A stretch of 49,426 nt of DNA from Chiloscyllium plagiosum (taxonomy: Eukaryota), in contig NC_057728.1 of the NCBI RefSeq assembly GCF_004010195.1, positions 54,978,588 through 55,028,013 of the forward strand. Direction: 5' to 3'. Below are positions 13,156-27,115 of this stretch, one piece after another. Position 1 is the stretch's first letter. The number at the start of each line of letters is the position of its first letter. Under the pieces are notes generated by a model that was given only the letters and a program-made list of their open reading frames with translations, did not search any database and was not told where the DNA came from. A program made the position numbers and the translations under genes.

Positions 13156-14092
13156 CTAATTCGTTGCTTTTGGTGATGAATCATGTTGTCAGTTGTAGGA
13201 CATCTGTAGATCCTTAGTTTGGTAGTCAGTCATTTGGACCTATAGCCATTGCTTAAATAAAAAGTTATTTTCAGAATCTGAGTATTGTACCATAGTGAAA
13301 AAGAAAGAGACCTGTCTTTCTTGCAGGCATTTTGGTGGTCTATAACCTAAATATACAAAAGGCTTTTGCAAGGAAAACCAAAGTACTTGGTATCAGTTTG
13401 TCTCTCAAATGTTTCAAATCCTCTTCTCTAAAAGTTACATGACCTTGCTTAATCAATAAGTGATCACCACACAATTCTACTTTTGACCTTTTGACTTGTG
13501 AAAAATACACCGGTACATTCTCTGCAACACAGTGTCCAAATGTCCTTTTTTTTTCCCCAGTTTATATACTTATTTAAAAGAGTCTTTACAATTGCTAGTT
13601 TTCATTATTTTAGTTCAAAGAATCTATTCCCTTGAGAAACTTAAATTTTCCTTTCGCTGATCTTCACTTCGCTGAAAATAATCATCTATGGTGTCTCAGC
13701 CCAGTGATTTGTTTTGGATTATATTGGTTCCTTTTCACAATAGTTTCCAATATGGTAACCCATAAACTTAGTCTTAATTTATCCTGGCCAGGATATTGAA
13801 CTTATTCATTATGAAACACGGAATAAGTTTGGTTTACATCCTTTTCAAAGTGTCCTTGCTAAATTTGAGTTAAATTTTGCCTACCCTTACAATTGCCTTT
13901 AAGTTTTGTGTTCTCTGATTTTGATTTGCCTTGAATTCTTCATTTTGTTTTATATTTTAATCTCATCATTCTTTCTCAGTTTCTATTCATGCCACCTTCA
14001 TCCCAGATATGCTGGTTTCCTCTTGTTCTTACACTTTCCTGATGACTAGGTTTCTATAAAGATAAATACATCAATCTAAATTTATTTTCAAG

Positions 14093-14264
14093 GTGGTCTA
14101 TGTCATGCCTTCTTCCAGTGCAAGGTGTGCGCAGTTTCCTCGGGCCCAGGACAAGGTACATTATTATATCAAGCTAAAGGAACTACGAAATCACTTGAAG
14201 GGCATTAAAGCTCCAACAGAGGTCACTGAAGTAGAATACTCATTTGACTTGCAAAAAGCTCAAG
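14093..14264 (+). CDS. TDG: TDG coding exon: [57 protein letters not shown]
   Basis: ttcaag acceptor, gtaagt donor, 172 bp. MPSSSAR motif with the base-flipping Arg. Confidence 0.97.
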
Positions 14265-14412
14265 GTAAGTAGCTTGTAGTTGCAATTCAAGTATCTCATT
14301 CAGACAAAAAGTCTTTCTTGGGAACAACCTAATACGTATATTGTTTTATAAAGTTTACTTCCTTTAGCTAACAGCTATTTGTGAAATTTTGTTGATGGTG
14401 CTAACTTGCTTA

Positions 14413-14616
14413 TGATTTGGAGATGCCGGTGTTGGACTGGGGTGTACAAAGTTAAAAATCACACAACACCAGGTTATAGTCCAACAGGTTTAATTGGAAG
14501 TACAGTAGCTTTTGGAGCGACGCTCCTTCATCAGGTTAAAGCGTCGCTCCAAAAGCTAGTGTGCTTCCAATTAAACCTGTTGGACTATAACCTGATGTTG
14601 TGTGATTTCTAACTTT
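14413..14616. mobile_element. Palindromic non-autonomous element (PLE-like family C) with mutated hammerhead motif
   Basis: Long inverted arms aaagtta.aaatcacacaaca.caggttatagtccaacaggtttaattggaag; same family as 47660-47872. Confidence 0.8.
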
Positions 14617-15791
14617 CTTAGATTGATTGCAGTCCTACTTCCAATTGCATGGCAGCTAATAATTATTTAGAATTATACAGCACAGAAACAGATCATCCTA
14701 CTTTCCATACTGATCAGGTATCCTAAACTGATCTACAGAGGAACCTCAGTTATCCAAACAAGATGGGTGGGCACTATTTCGTTTGGTTAATTGATTCAAT
14801 GCCTCTCCTCTGGGACTCAGTTTTCTGAAGTTTCTTTTTTCCTCACTCTGCCTGCCTTGCTCCCCCTCTTTGTTTCTGAGCAGACACACACTTCAGTGTA
14901 AGGGACCCGCAGCATTGCTGAAGCCTCCCTCCCCCCAGTCAGTTCAACGGGATTGACACAGCGAGCACGTGCTAAGTCCGCTCCCCATTCAGGAGACTAG
15001 GCAGCAACACATACCCTGTCCACCCCCGTTCGTCCCCCAAACCCTGTCCAGCCCCAGGCTCATTCCAAACCTTCATAAACAAGGCAGTTGTCTCACAGTT
15101 CTCATTGTGCCGAAACCACTAGTCTCCAGCTGATTCACATCACTTGTTTTCGCACTGCTCCTGCAAAAAAATGTAGTTCCTCCCACACCTACTGCTCGTA
15201 GTCATTCTAGTAAACCTTGAGAATGAGAGAAGAGTAATGTCCTCTGACTGCAGGAGCAGCTCTGTTCAAAATCCAGATAAATGTAACTGGAAGATTTTGA
15301 AGATTTTGGCAGGCTATGGAGAACCCCTTGCAGGTTGCATGGCGACATGTGGACCACCTGTTGGGTAAGCCTAACATAGATGCAAGTGGTTATTTCATCA
15401 AAGCTGCCTGATTGACAGAAGTAGTTCTTCCCACAGACTATCATTCATAACTCAACAAGGAAAGATGTGCCCAAATAGCCATAATTGCAACACCGGGTTA
15501 AATTTAATTTATAACTTAACTGCGACCGTTTTAACTTTATAACTAGTTTCTAGAGGTTAAAGTTCATTTGTCATCAGCTTTCACTATTGGAATGTTGAAT
15601 TCCAGTTAATTGGGCAAGCTGATTCTTGGTCTTCTGTTTTATTTGTCGAGAATGGTTCAGGTTTTGGTTTGTTCACAAATTGAACATTAAACTGTCTTTA
15701 GATTCATAGTCCTTCTTATATTTGTGGGTTTTGAAAAAAATATTTTAAAAAAAAAACTTTTTACTGAACAATGTTCTAATTTCCCCACAAG

Positions 15792-15920
15792 CGGAAGCCA
15801 AGAAAATGGCAATTAAAGAGGAAAAGTATGACCCTGGATATGAAGCTGCTTATGGTGGTTCATACATTGAAAAATCCACTGAAATCAATGGGCAGTGCAA
15901 TTTTGCTACAACAGAACCAG
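15792..15920 (+). CDS. TDG: TDG coding exon: AEAKKMAIKEEKYDPGYEAAYGGSYIEKSTEINGQCNFATTEP
   Basis: cacaag acceptor, gtaaat donor, 129 bp. Contains the psi-K-x-E SUMO site (IKEE) and KYDPGYEAAYGG. Confidence 0.95.
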
Positions 15921-16619
15921 GTAAATGGGCAAAATGGTTTGATTGTGAGTAAATCATGGAGTTTTATATTTTGTATTGATATAGCTTGTTTATTGAATGC
16001 TAAATTTTATAGTAACCTGCAGGATGCTGCTTTGAGGAAATCCTATAACTCTTCGGCATATAAAAATATTAGTGAAGGAAGCATGCTACCTTTTTCGCAG
16101 ACTCTCATTTTATTTTTATAACAAAAAGATATTCTGTTAAATTATTTTTTGGATTCAATCTTTGTTGTGATTTTGAACTCTGGTTTCAGTCCATGGTTCT
16201 AGTTGAACCTTGTATTTGTAGGCTGGTAATCCCTCCCAAGGATCCGTTTGTCCCTTTTTTTAAAAACAAAATTAAGCAAGAGTACCAGAACGATGAAGTA
16301 CCAGTTCTTGGAAAAAGAAATTGTTAACTCCACGTTTACCGTATGAATGTTGCTACTGTTGCACTAACCAATATTGTGTGATCCAGACAATAACTTGTTA
16401 ATAAATTAGTTTATAGTTGTGTGCAACAACTAGTGTTATTTAAGGGCATTCAAGAGATCAAATGAAATCATTCCTACATATGATATTTAAAGGGTGAAGA
16501 TGCATATTAAATATATATCACCTAAAATGGTAGGATATGAAAACCTGAAGTGATGATGTTTTGTACCATATATAATTTGCGTTAAAGTCTGCATTGCTTA
16601 AAAATATATAGGCATCGTT

Positions 16620-16931
16620 TTTAGATTAGATTAGATTACTTACAGTGTGGAAACAGGCCCTTCGGCCCAACAAGTCCACACCGAACCGCTGAAGCGCAAC
16701 CCACCCAGACCCATTCCCCTACACTTACCCCTTCACCTAACACTGGGCAATTTAGTATGGCCAATTCACCTAACCTGCACATTTTTGGACTGTGGGAGGA
16801 AACCGGAGCACCCGGAGGAAACCCATGCAGACACAGGGAGAATGTGCAAACTCCACACAGTCAGTCGCCTGAGGCGGGAATTGAACTGGCACTGGCACTG
16901 TGAGGCAGCAGTGCTAACCACTGTGCCACCC
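16620..16931 (-). mobile_element. V-SINE (HE1-like), near full length
   Basis: Core, tRNA-like head and (ttaga)n tail. Confidence 0.9.
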
Positions 16932-17498
16932 TAATTTTTATGAGATAGGGGTAGAGTGACTAGATATACTTAGCCAATAAGCTATTTTAGATTGTCCGAA
17001 ATGGAGATCCCAGAAATGCCGCCTGCATTTGAAGGAAGGGTTACATTCAAAACACATCTGCTGAAATTATAATTCAGTGGCTGAGTGGTCAATCTATAGA
17101 ATAGTGCCTGGGAAGATTGTGTCATTTAATTTTAAAGTAAACAGATCTCTTGTGGCAAACATCACTTGGAATACAGGTGGTGAGAAATTCAATACATGAC
17201 ATTGTAAATGGCAGAGGGTGAGGTTGACCTATAACTTTAGACCTTATGGCTTCCAAACCTGCGACAGGTTTTTTTATCTGTTACTTTTGTGTTTGTTGTA
17301 AACTAGTTGAAAGGATTGCTAACTAATTTTTGATTAATCTCTATCATTGCTGTATCATGGAAACAGCAGTAATCAGGCTGGGAAAGTCTTTGGTCTCTTT
17401 TCACCTAGTAGTTATTTTAGTAATTTATAGTTTAAAAATATAATGCAGAATGTAATGAATTCCATGATGACTCCAGTTGGTTTCCTATTGTTTTACAG

Positions 17499-17641
17499 CT
17501 GTGACCAGCAACTCTGAGTTCAACACGGGATCAACATTTTGCCAAGTTCCTGATGGCCAGTGGATGACCCAATCATTTGCTGATCAGATTCCTTCAATCA
17601 ATAATTACTGCACAGAGTCTCAAGAAGGAAATAACACATAA
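17499..17641 (+). CDS. TDG: TDG last coding exon: AVTSNSEFNTGSTFCQVPDGQWMTQSFADQIPSINNYCTESQEGNNT*
   Basis: ttacag acceptor. GQWMTQSFxDQIP C-terminal motif; TAA at 17639-17641. Confidence 0.95.
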
Positions 17642-20000
17642 TGAATTGATTGGTTTGCATAACTTGATGTTACTGCAGTTTTAATGCAGTCTTAAAAGTA
17701 CTGTACCTCAGTTTTTGAACTGAAGAGGTTTTATCTTTTTACCTATTGCTTTCTAGAATTATGTGTAATCTTACTGATGTAGTAAAGATCAGAAAGTTGA
17801 ATTCTTAAACTTTTAGAGTGAAGCTTTGCCCAAAATATTTATAGATGAAAGGAGAAACCATATATGGTTTGTTTTGTTTTTAACGTAATATGATCAGGTG
17901 CTCAGTTTATTCCAAGAATTAAGTTGGGGTTTCTTACTAGTACAGATTCGCTTTTGCTCAAGTATTACAATTATGAGGCTGTTGAGCCATCCAGAAATTT
18001 CTTCTGTTAGTGTTAGCAGCAAGTCAGAATGCAGTGAAGCCTTCATCAATTTTGGTCACAATAGTGGTGGGAGTTCTACTTAAATCATAATGTCCTCCAT
18101 TTAAACTGGATTGTAACAGTGCTGCTTAACGTCTTGCTTATTTGAAATTCTTATAATATTTGCATTTCTCAGGATGTGTGCACATCAAGTACTATTAATA
18201 GCAGTTTCACTTTCAGGTCAGTTCAGACTACCTTAATTTTATGTTTATTTGACCAAAGGGGTGCATTTGTTTTAAAAAAGAAGCATACGTTAAATACGGG
18301 TCCAGGTGTCCATTTGCTTATGCAAATTCAACAATAAAATCAGAGCAGTTTCAATTCATTATTTTAAGTTCATTTTAAAACGTTAGTGTTCGGGGCATGT
18401 TGCTTCTCCTTAGAAAATTGAAACTCTTGAGCAAGATGAATTTTTCATGGACTCAGCTTTTGTGTCTTTAAGGATGAGAAGGTGCTATGGATTTGCAAAA
18501 ATAATGAGCTTAACAAATCATGTTTTACATTTGAGCAGATGTTCTTTAATACTTTAAATCTTCTTTGTAACTCAATGTTGCTAATTTAATTTATATTTTA
18601 GCAATAAATTCCCCTTGTGTTTTTATCAATATTGCTTATTAAAAATTGATTCTTTCTTCTTTTGCACAAATCCATTTTGAATTATTAGGAGTAGACTATA
18701 GTTTGTCAAGTTGACAGTAGTGCACAAGAAAAGCCAGAGGATAAGTTCCCTGCCAAATGTTTTTGTTAAAAATTGGAGCAATGCTGTAGTTGCCTTTAGT
18801 GTTTGAGGTTTTAATGTTTTTTCTAGTATGAACTGTGGGGGTGGGGCAGGACAGGGGGTTTGAAAAAAAGGCTTTCAATTGAAAATTGTCTGATAATTAA
18901 ATGGAGCATTCACAATTCTGGTATTTCAAAGCAATTTTCCCTTCAAGCTAAACTTGTGTAATCATTTTCTTTTGACTTGATTCAAATTTCAATAAAGAAA
19001 AAGCAACTGAAGTCCTTCGCTGGGCATTTGCACTTAAGTCTAGAGCAATATAACTCACTCAACCTGTTTTTAATCCTTACTCTCAACAGAAATTGCAAGT
19101 GCAAGAGTTTAAATCCTGACAGTAGTGTAGACTGAAGCAGATTGACAGATAGTGACATGGCCAGTTAATAATATTCTTGCGCCAACAAGATGAGGGCTTT
19201 GCTGAAATCCACAATTCGTGGTGTGGTCTTTTAAACCCAGCCACTTTTTTGCTGTTGCCAACTGCTTTCAATGCCCAGTATGGGGTTCACTCAGCACATT
19301 GGCTATGGATGAGTAGGAAAGCTGAATGAAACTTTTTTTGCAGATTCTATCAGGTGACTACAGGCAGCAGCAAAAGCCTCCAGAAGAAACCTATGGTTTG
19401 CTTCTGATTGCGTCATCAATCACCATCCCCTCTCACTCCACTATCTGGCTATGACACCTGTTAGGCTTGCATTACCCTCTTCCGCTGGTATGAAGTATTG
19501 CCAGATTTGTTCAGGGGTCTCGTCTGACTTGGGGGGGGGTGGTGGCGGGGGGCAGAAAATAAACAAGTCCCAGCTCATATGCCAGTTCCATAGTTACTTT
19601 TCTCCTTGTATTAAAATTTAGCTACTAAGTTTGAAATAAAAATTCACTCAACTGTGAGACTATGTAAATGCCTTAAAGGTTCATTAAGGAAATTATTGTA
19701 ACTAACCTGCATGATTGTTTTCAACAAATAATTTGTAATACTGTCTCTAGTGACTTAAAGCTGTTTTACCAGAAATTTTAAAGTTAACCATGTCATATTA
19801 TCTAGTTTGTAAAATGTGCCTGTGGGATTATATACAAGTAAATGTATTCTCATTTGAAGTGAATGGGCAGCGACTGGAAACTTTTAAAAATGTCAAAATG
19901 ATAATGTTTACAACTTGTAAATTTGGTGCTCAATCCTCTTGCAAGAGAGTGATAGTTTTAAAATCTGGAGAAAACAATAAAAATTACAATGAATTTTTTT
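17642..20000 (+). other. TDG: Probable TDG 3' UTR (end uncertain)
   Basis: No recognisable repeats in this AT-rich stretch after the stop. AATAAA at 18333, 18603, 18991, 19558, 19635 and 19976. Confidence 0.6.
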
Positions 20001-21945
20001 GCTTATTTTTTTGAATTTTACACTACAAATATTACGTGTTCATTTACCTGCGTCGAACTTTGAATGCATATGAGCAATGTCTGATCTCTCAACAGTGTCA
20101 CTAGTGTTTATTATTCGCTCAGGATGTGGGTGTTGCTGGCTGGGCCAGCGTTTATAGCCCATCTCTAGTTGCCCTTGAGAAGATTGTGTTGAGCTACCTT
20201 CTTGAGCTGCTATAGTCCATTTTATGTAGTTGCACCCACAATGCTGTTAGCAAGGTAGTTCCAGGGTTTTGACCAGTATTGTTGAAAGAACGTCAACATA
20301 TTTCCAAGTCAGGATGATGAATGGCTTAAAAGCGAACTTGCAGGTGGTGGTGTTCGTGTGTATCTGTTGCTGTTGTTTTCAGATTGTAGGGTTCATACAT
20401 TTGGAAGGTGTGTCTTAAGCCTGCCAATCTTGAAGCTAAGCAAGGTGGTTCACACTTTCTACACAGGAATTGATGGCTAGTTTTTAACACTAAAACTGCT
20501 AGCAAAATCGATTTTATTTTGCCACACCAATGAGATGACTTTAACTTTTATTTTCAAATTCATACGTCAGAGAGAAAAAGTAACAATTGTGATCTTTTAA
20601 CATGAGACTTACATAGTTTCTTTGCAGTTTGGAAGTGTTAGGGAGTACCAAGCTTAATGCAGTAACATCAGAGGAATGTCTTAATCTTGTATTGTGTACC
20701 TAGCTGCCCTTTTGTTTTATGAACACTTTGATATCTTCATACTTAGTACAATTTTCCACAAACCTATTCAAAACAAATCTAAAGGATTCTGTGAAGCTGT
20801 TGTTGCATCTTTACTATTGATTGCAGTTGGGTTTTGGATTGAGGTTATGCTGCAATGTTTGGAGTAAGTTATTCAGTTTTTTTTTAGAAAATATCACTGC
20901 AGTGGCACTTTTAAAACAAGTTCTTACACTTTATTCTGGAATAGAAGATTTATCCTGGCCTTAAACTATTAGTTTGCTTGTAAATGTGTTCATGATGCTG
21001 CTACACTGAGAAGAATGCTGATTTGTTTATGTTGTTCATTGGTAGATTTCTTGAATTCTCTTCCCTGAAGTGCTTTTGTGGACTAGTTGCCTGTTAGTGA
21101 CAAAAGCAGGGAACAGCTTTAATGGTCATTAATTTGTGGATTTGCAACAAAGAATTGTTTTAAAATTCTGTTCCACAAGTTGCTACAATAATAGTAGAAT
21201 ACTGCGTTTCCACTTTGCTAATCTGATGCCACACTCTTGGAGGAGGAGGTGACCATTTGGCTTTTCAAATCTGTTCCGTCATTCGTTTAGGCTGATTAAC
21301 TCTATTTGCCCATTTTTCTTTTGATATCCTTTAATAACTACAAACATTTATCAATACCCAGCTTTGTAATTTTCAGTCGTTTCCCAGATTTCTGGAGAAC
21401 AGAGTTCCAGATTTCCTTTAAATAAAAAACATGCTTTCTAATATCATCCCTGAAAGTTCCTGCTGTAACAATAAGGTTATTGCTCTTTATTCCGGATGTA
21501 TACTATTATAAAGGTTACATTTCTAAATTATAAAAAACTTAGTGAAAATGAGGCGAGGCCTGTTCACATTTCATACTGTACATCACTAATCTTACTTAAA
21601 GTATACAAAAGCAAATATGAAGCTGTTTTTGCAGTCCTTCAAAAAGGTTATGGTCATCTAAAATATTTCTGCCACTTACAGTTCAATTTGGCAAAATATC
21701 AAAATAATGCATCTCCTTCTGAAAGTACTGTTATTGTGCAAGATAATATTTTCTGAAGTGAAAACAGTTTTGCTAAATAATACTGAATAACTATCTTTTT
21801 AAACTGATATCTTAATTCTGTTGCAGTAAGTTCTGCTATCATTTAATTCACAGAAACATATCAGACATTTGGAGACTTAATAGCTTAAACCACAGCATTC
21901 CTTTGGACAAAGGAATGAGTTAAAATTCTATACATGATAGAGCTC

Positions 21946-22118
21946 CTAATTGTTAGGTCGTACCAATCTAAAATGTCCTGTTGGATCAGGAAGATACCAT
22001 CTTTCCCAAAATTCCACATGAGCCGTGGGATAATCCCAGGGTTTATACCTTCCATTCCAATGTAGTAATTTAGCTTCAGAAAGGAAGTGTTCTGAATATC
22101 TGGCATCAGGACTCCAGC
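21946..22118 (-). CDS. GLT8D2: GLT8D2 last coding exon: GWSPDARYSEHFLSEAKLLHWNGRYKPWDYPTAHVEFWERWYLPDPTGHFRLVRPNN*
   Basis: ctatag acceptor on -. GT8 HWNGxxKPW motif; TAG stop. Confidence 0.96.
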
Positions 22119-24054
22119 CTATAGAAAAACAATAAAGTGCAGAAATTACACTCAAGATGCTCCATGTCTGGAAATTTAAAGCTGTATCCATGTGATAATT
22201 TACTACATGTATCATATGGACATCTCTTGGAGTTACTTTTTTGCACTAAGTACTTTACAATCTTTCAATCCCATCATAAGTTTTGTTTTAATCAAACTGA
22301 TCTTTCTATCATCTTGAGCTTTTTCTAGCAGTTACATTTTTGCCAAGATTTTATTCTGCTGTGATATGACATAATAAACTCCTGATAATTGTTCAATTTT
22401 TTTCTCTTGACATTAATTTTTCACCATATTTTCAAGGCTTGCGTAGTAAATGAATGCAGACTTTAGTGTTTGAGTATTTGGTCAGTAAAAGTTGAATGAT
22501 TGGAACACCAATTTTTAATATCAGGCTAAGATTAGATGCAGACTTTTTGTTTTGTCAGTTTTAAACGTGTAATATCTAAAATGCTAACATTTTCAACATT
22601 ATCATTTAGCCAGAATTGCCTCCCATTCTACATAATGTTTTCCTCTCTCCAGCTACCAATTTTGCTTTAGAGATATGGATAGTGTTTCTTAGTGTTATAT
22701 GCATCCAATTTGCTAGATTCTTTCAAAAAAGTTGTTCTTTGTCTACTTTATCTGTTTACCAATGATATTTCATACAGCATCAGACTTTATAAATTGCAAG
22801 TTCTTATCACATATCAAATAACTTTCAGATTCAAACTGTCCCTTCCTGATCCAGATCAATAGAGTTGTCTTGGTCTCAGTTTGGAAAGATGATCTGCCCA
22901 AAATATCTTTATTTTTTGCCTCGGTGCTTTTCTAGGTTGCTTTGCTGATAACCCAGCACTTACCTCATTTTGTCTGAATTGGTGTGATAGAGCTTTCCAG
23001 GATTCTCAGCTTTATTATCATGGCTAACTTTATGCTGATTGTTTTTTTTTCATTATTTGAAATGTATTTTTGACCAATCCAATCTTTTGTTTTGTCATTT
23101 ATTGTGTCCGATGTTAACATTATTCCTAGATAACAAAATCTGTCTGATCTTTTCATTTTTTTTTACTGTGATATAATGCATTTGGATATCAAGAGGCATT
23201 TGGTTTTCTTACAATTTACATTCAGCTGTTTCTCCTCACTTTCTTTCATTGCTCTATCACCAACTTTAACCTTTGCTCAGTTGGTTTCTGTAAAGCATCG
23301 TTGAGTTCTGGCACTTGGCATCTACATCAAAATGGCTTCCAAAGGAACCTGAAGCAAGACAATGGTCCTGCATCTCCCAACTGCTTTCACTTCAGTGTTG
23401 CACACTGGCCTGCATCTAAAATGTTCCAGGTTTCTTAAAGAAGTTAAACAATTGGGACAGTTGTTGAAACACTCCTTCACAACAAAAGGTTTAGAGACTG
23501 CCTTGCACAAGGAGTACATGGAACAGACTGGCCAACAGATTACCACCGAACTCCCCAAACCTGTTTCAACTCGTATACAAATAACCTGCCAACCATCAAG
23601 TATCATATGTTCTTCTATGCTGGTGTCATCTGTTGTCTTCTAAGCACCTTAGCACAGTTACTTAAACACGTTACAAAGATGATAGACTACTTCAGTACAT
23701 TGTGTGTAACACTGATCTCTCTAAAGCCGTGCCTCCATTTCTTGATTACCTTTTAATAACTTGTGCTTGTCCATATGTTCATCAAGCGGATCACTTCAAA
23801 ATTCTTATAACTTTCTGACTCAGGCAAGAATGCTATCAGTGCATACCCCAATACCCAAACCTTCCCAGATTTCAGCACGTAGTTGAGGCTGACTGTTGAG
23901 TGTGGTATGAGGAAATTCTATACTTTTTTTTAGATAATCTGTGCAGTAGCGTTCTATGCCTTTTTAGGTAGATCTAAAATATGCTGTCCCATTATGTGTA
24001 AGAAAAGCAGGGAGTTACACTCACCAAAACTAAAATCAAAATGAATTAACTGAT

Positions 24055-24510
24055 CAAAGTTTGTGCGAAGATCTGCACAAAACACTATATAGGACAAACA
24101 GGAAGACAGCTAACAATCCGCATACATGAACATCAACTAGCCACAAAACGACACGACCAGCTATCCTTAGTAGCCACACATGCAGACAACAAGCAACATG
24201 AATTCGACTGGGACAACACTACTATCATAGGGCAAGCCAGACAGAGAACAACCAGGGAATTCCTAGAGGCATGGCATACATCCACAAACTCCATCAACAA
24301 ACACATCGACCTGGACCCAATATACCAACCACTACAGCGGACAGCTGAAACTGACAACCAGAAGCGGCAGGGACAGACCACTATAAACACCGGAGGAAAC
24401 ACCAAAGAAGCGCTTCGCAGGAGGCTCCCAAGCACTGATGATGTCGCCTAGCCAGGGGACGAAACGTTTGCAACAAAAACTTCCAGCTCGGCGAACAGAA
24501 CCACAACAAC
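24055..24510 (+). mobile_element. Penelope-like element family A, 5'-truncated, with 12-bp TSD
   Basis: CTKHYIGQTGRQLTIRIHEHQ GIY-YIG remnant; GAATTAACTGAT at 24043-24054 and 24511-24522. Confidence 0.9.
24432..24471 (+). ncRNA. Minimal hammerhead ribozyme motif in PLE family A
   Basis: GCA-CTGATGA-T-GTCGCCT-AGCC-AGGGGAC-GAAA-CG-TT-TGC: both core boxes, stem II with one mismatch, 3-bp stem I, NUH triplet GUU. Confidence 0.7.
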
Positions 24511-25622
24511 GAATTAACTGATGTTTGTAGAACCTTGGCTCCACCAAAACTGGCTGCTGCTTTAGGTTGCAAAATAATACTCCATATACTTCCAAGTTAA
24601 TTCATTGGCTGTGCAGCACTGGGATGCACAAAGGATTTGAAAGATGCGATGTAGCAGGAAGGTTTTTTTTCCCCAATGTTTCTAGTTTGAATTTACTGAA
24701 AACCTCTGGAGAATGTTTGGCACAAGGAAAACTTTTTTAAAACTGTGGGAGAAATCTGGTGAACTATTTAAAACTAATGTACATTCCTGGCTGCATCCCT
24801 TGCACGTAGAATGATGGAGATGTGTACAGCACAGAAACACCCTTCGGTCCAACTTGTCCATGCCGACCAGATATCCCAACCCAATCTAGTCCCACCTGCC
24901 AGCACCCGACCCATATCCCTCCCAACCCTTCCTTTTCATATACCCATCCAGATGCCTTTTAAATGTTGCAATTGTACCAGCCTCCACCACTTCCTCTGGG
25001 AGCTCATTCCATACACATTCCACCCTCAACGTGAAAAAGTTAGATTCCTTTTTCAATTTTTCCCCCTCTCACCCTAAACCTATGCCCTCTTGTTCTGGAC
25101 TCCCTCACCGCAGGAAAAAGACTTTGTCCATTTATCCTATCCATGCCCCTCAGTTTTAAGATATGGCAGACTATCAGCTAACTATTATTAGCAACTTTTG
25201 CATTGTTTGCTTGGATTATAAAGAGTGAGATTGAGTGGAAAAATGATTCCAGGAATATGATTTTAAACAGAACTGCGCTGAGATAGAAAATAGTCTTTGC
25301 TATTTAATCAATGATCAATTTGTATTCCATTAATTAGTGAGTTACGAAAGGAGTTAGAGAATGCACTCCTCCAGCAAAGGTAGTGTTGCCAAACCTCAAC
25401 CCTATTTCTCTTAAAAACTGCATGACTCAAGTCTTTTCATTGCAATTTCAGTTTAAATAGTTACAGTTTCCAAATGAAGTCCAGTGAGTAAAATTTAATT
25501 CAAATGTGTTGCAAAATATCATTTCTTTTAACCTCCATTCAAAACACAAAACTACTGACCAGAACAATATTAGTAATCTAATCTAATCTAATCTAAGTAA
25601 TCCAACAAGAACTGAGTCTTAC

Positions 25623-25735
25623 CGAGGTGTCGAATATGCCATAAAGGGTTCAATAAGGAATGTTGGTTGTGAAATACTATTAACATAGGAGGGGTCACTA
25701 CTCCTTCGGCTAGTGCACTGCTGTATAGATTCTCC
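25623..25735 (-). CDS. GLT8D2: GLT8D2 coding exon: ENLYSSALAEGVVTPPMLIVFHNQHSLLNPLWHIRHLG
   Basis: ttctag acceptor, gtaaga donor, 113 bp, frame-consistent. Confidence 0.96.
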
Positions 25736-27115
25736 CTAGAAAAGAAGGGAAACTGAATAAATGAGAAAATCAGACATGCAATATTTTCATATACTGAAAC
25801 AAGAACCCCATTTCTGGTAATATCAGTTAATAAGTACACTAGAAAATATTGCAAACATTATTTGCAAAATAGATATTATTTCACGCATTGTTAGATACAA
25901 AAATCTTCATCCTAGGATTAAAATCCACCTGTGTCTCATCTGTCTCTTTTGCTGTAACCTCCTCCAGCCCTCCTGCACATCCCAATATTCCTGTTTTCCA
26001 CCAACAGTGCCCATGCCTTCTGTTGCCTTTACCTTTAAGCCATAAAATTTCTTTTTTTTTAATTTCTGCATTTCTACTCCTGCCTTTAAGATGCTCTTCA
26101 AAACCTAACTCCTTGTTTATCTTAATACCTCCATGTGGGGCTCAGTGTCAAATATTGTCTGGTGGAAACCCCCATAGCATACTGAGATATATTAGGTTAA
26201 AAGGCTATAGGAAGTATTGTAAACTTTAGAAGATATTTACGCATGCTTCCTGATTTCCTTTTGTTTCCTTTTTTTTAAAGAAGTACATATTATTTCAACT
26301 ATTGTGGACAAAATCAATTTGAGGGTTGCAGGATTCAGAATTTTCAGACAGTGGGAATTTGAGTTGAAAGCAATAATTATTGCTGGGTCAATAATCCTCA
26401 ATGACACTGCACTGCTGTGCTGGCCCCAATGTTTCAGGGCAAGTACAGTGGGCCAAATGGTCTCCTTTGCTATACAATTCCATACAAATGGGAAATAAAT
26501 GGGGCTTAGTCCTTCAACTTTCTATTACCACTAAACTGACTTAACTTTATAGTGGCATTGTGGTAGTGTCACTGGCTAGTGAGCCAAAGATGCAGCTCTG
26601 GTGATGTGGGTTCAGGTCCCTCCACAGCACCTTTATCTGGTCTGAAAATTGTACCTCCACATCCTCAGTGGTTGGCTCTTAACTGCCCTCTGAAATGGAC
26701 TAGCAATCCATTCAGTTCAAAGGGAATTAGGAATGGGCAACAAATACCAGTGAGGATCACATCCCAAGTATGCAGAAAAGAATTAACGATAGGTTTGGTC
26801 TGTTGGCTTTATAGTATTCTCTTTGCTATAATAGAGAGATGTGGATAAGTGATTGACAATTCCTGGGTAAATTGTTAGCTTTAATGTGAGAAACACATTG
26901 CACAAATGATGATCAAGAGGAGAAGACAATCCTTGGTTTTGAGCAAAATTAAGAAGTCCTGACAAAGAGTAAAGGAGTAGCACACAAATATTTCAGTTTT
27001 GGCATTGCCATTTCTGGATAGTTCAGATTAGTTGAAAGCAAACTAAACTAAACTTAATAAAGATTAAAATGAAAACTCTTAACACTTGCTTGAGCAGCAT
27101 ACAATATTGGAGCAG

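Noticed and set aside
14735..15620. Possible Tc1/pogo element starting TA-CAGAGGAACCTC
   Set aside because: No matching second terminal repeat could be identified by eye.
19530..19553. G-rich tract with G-quadruplex potential (also 18837-18858)
   Set aside because: Simple low-complexity run with no supporting evidence.
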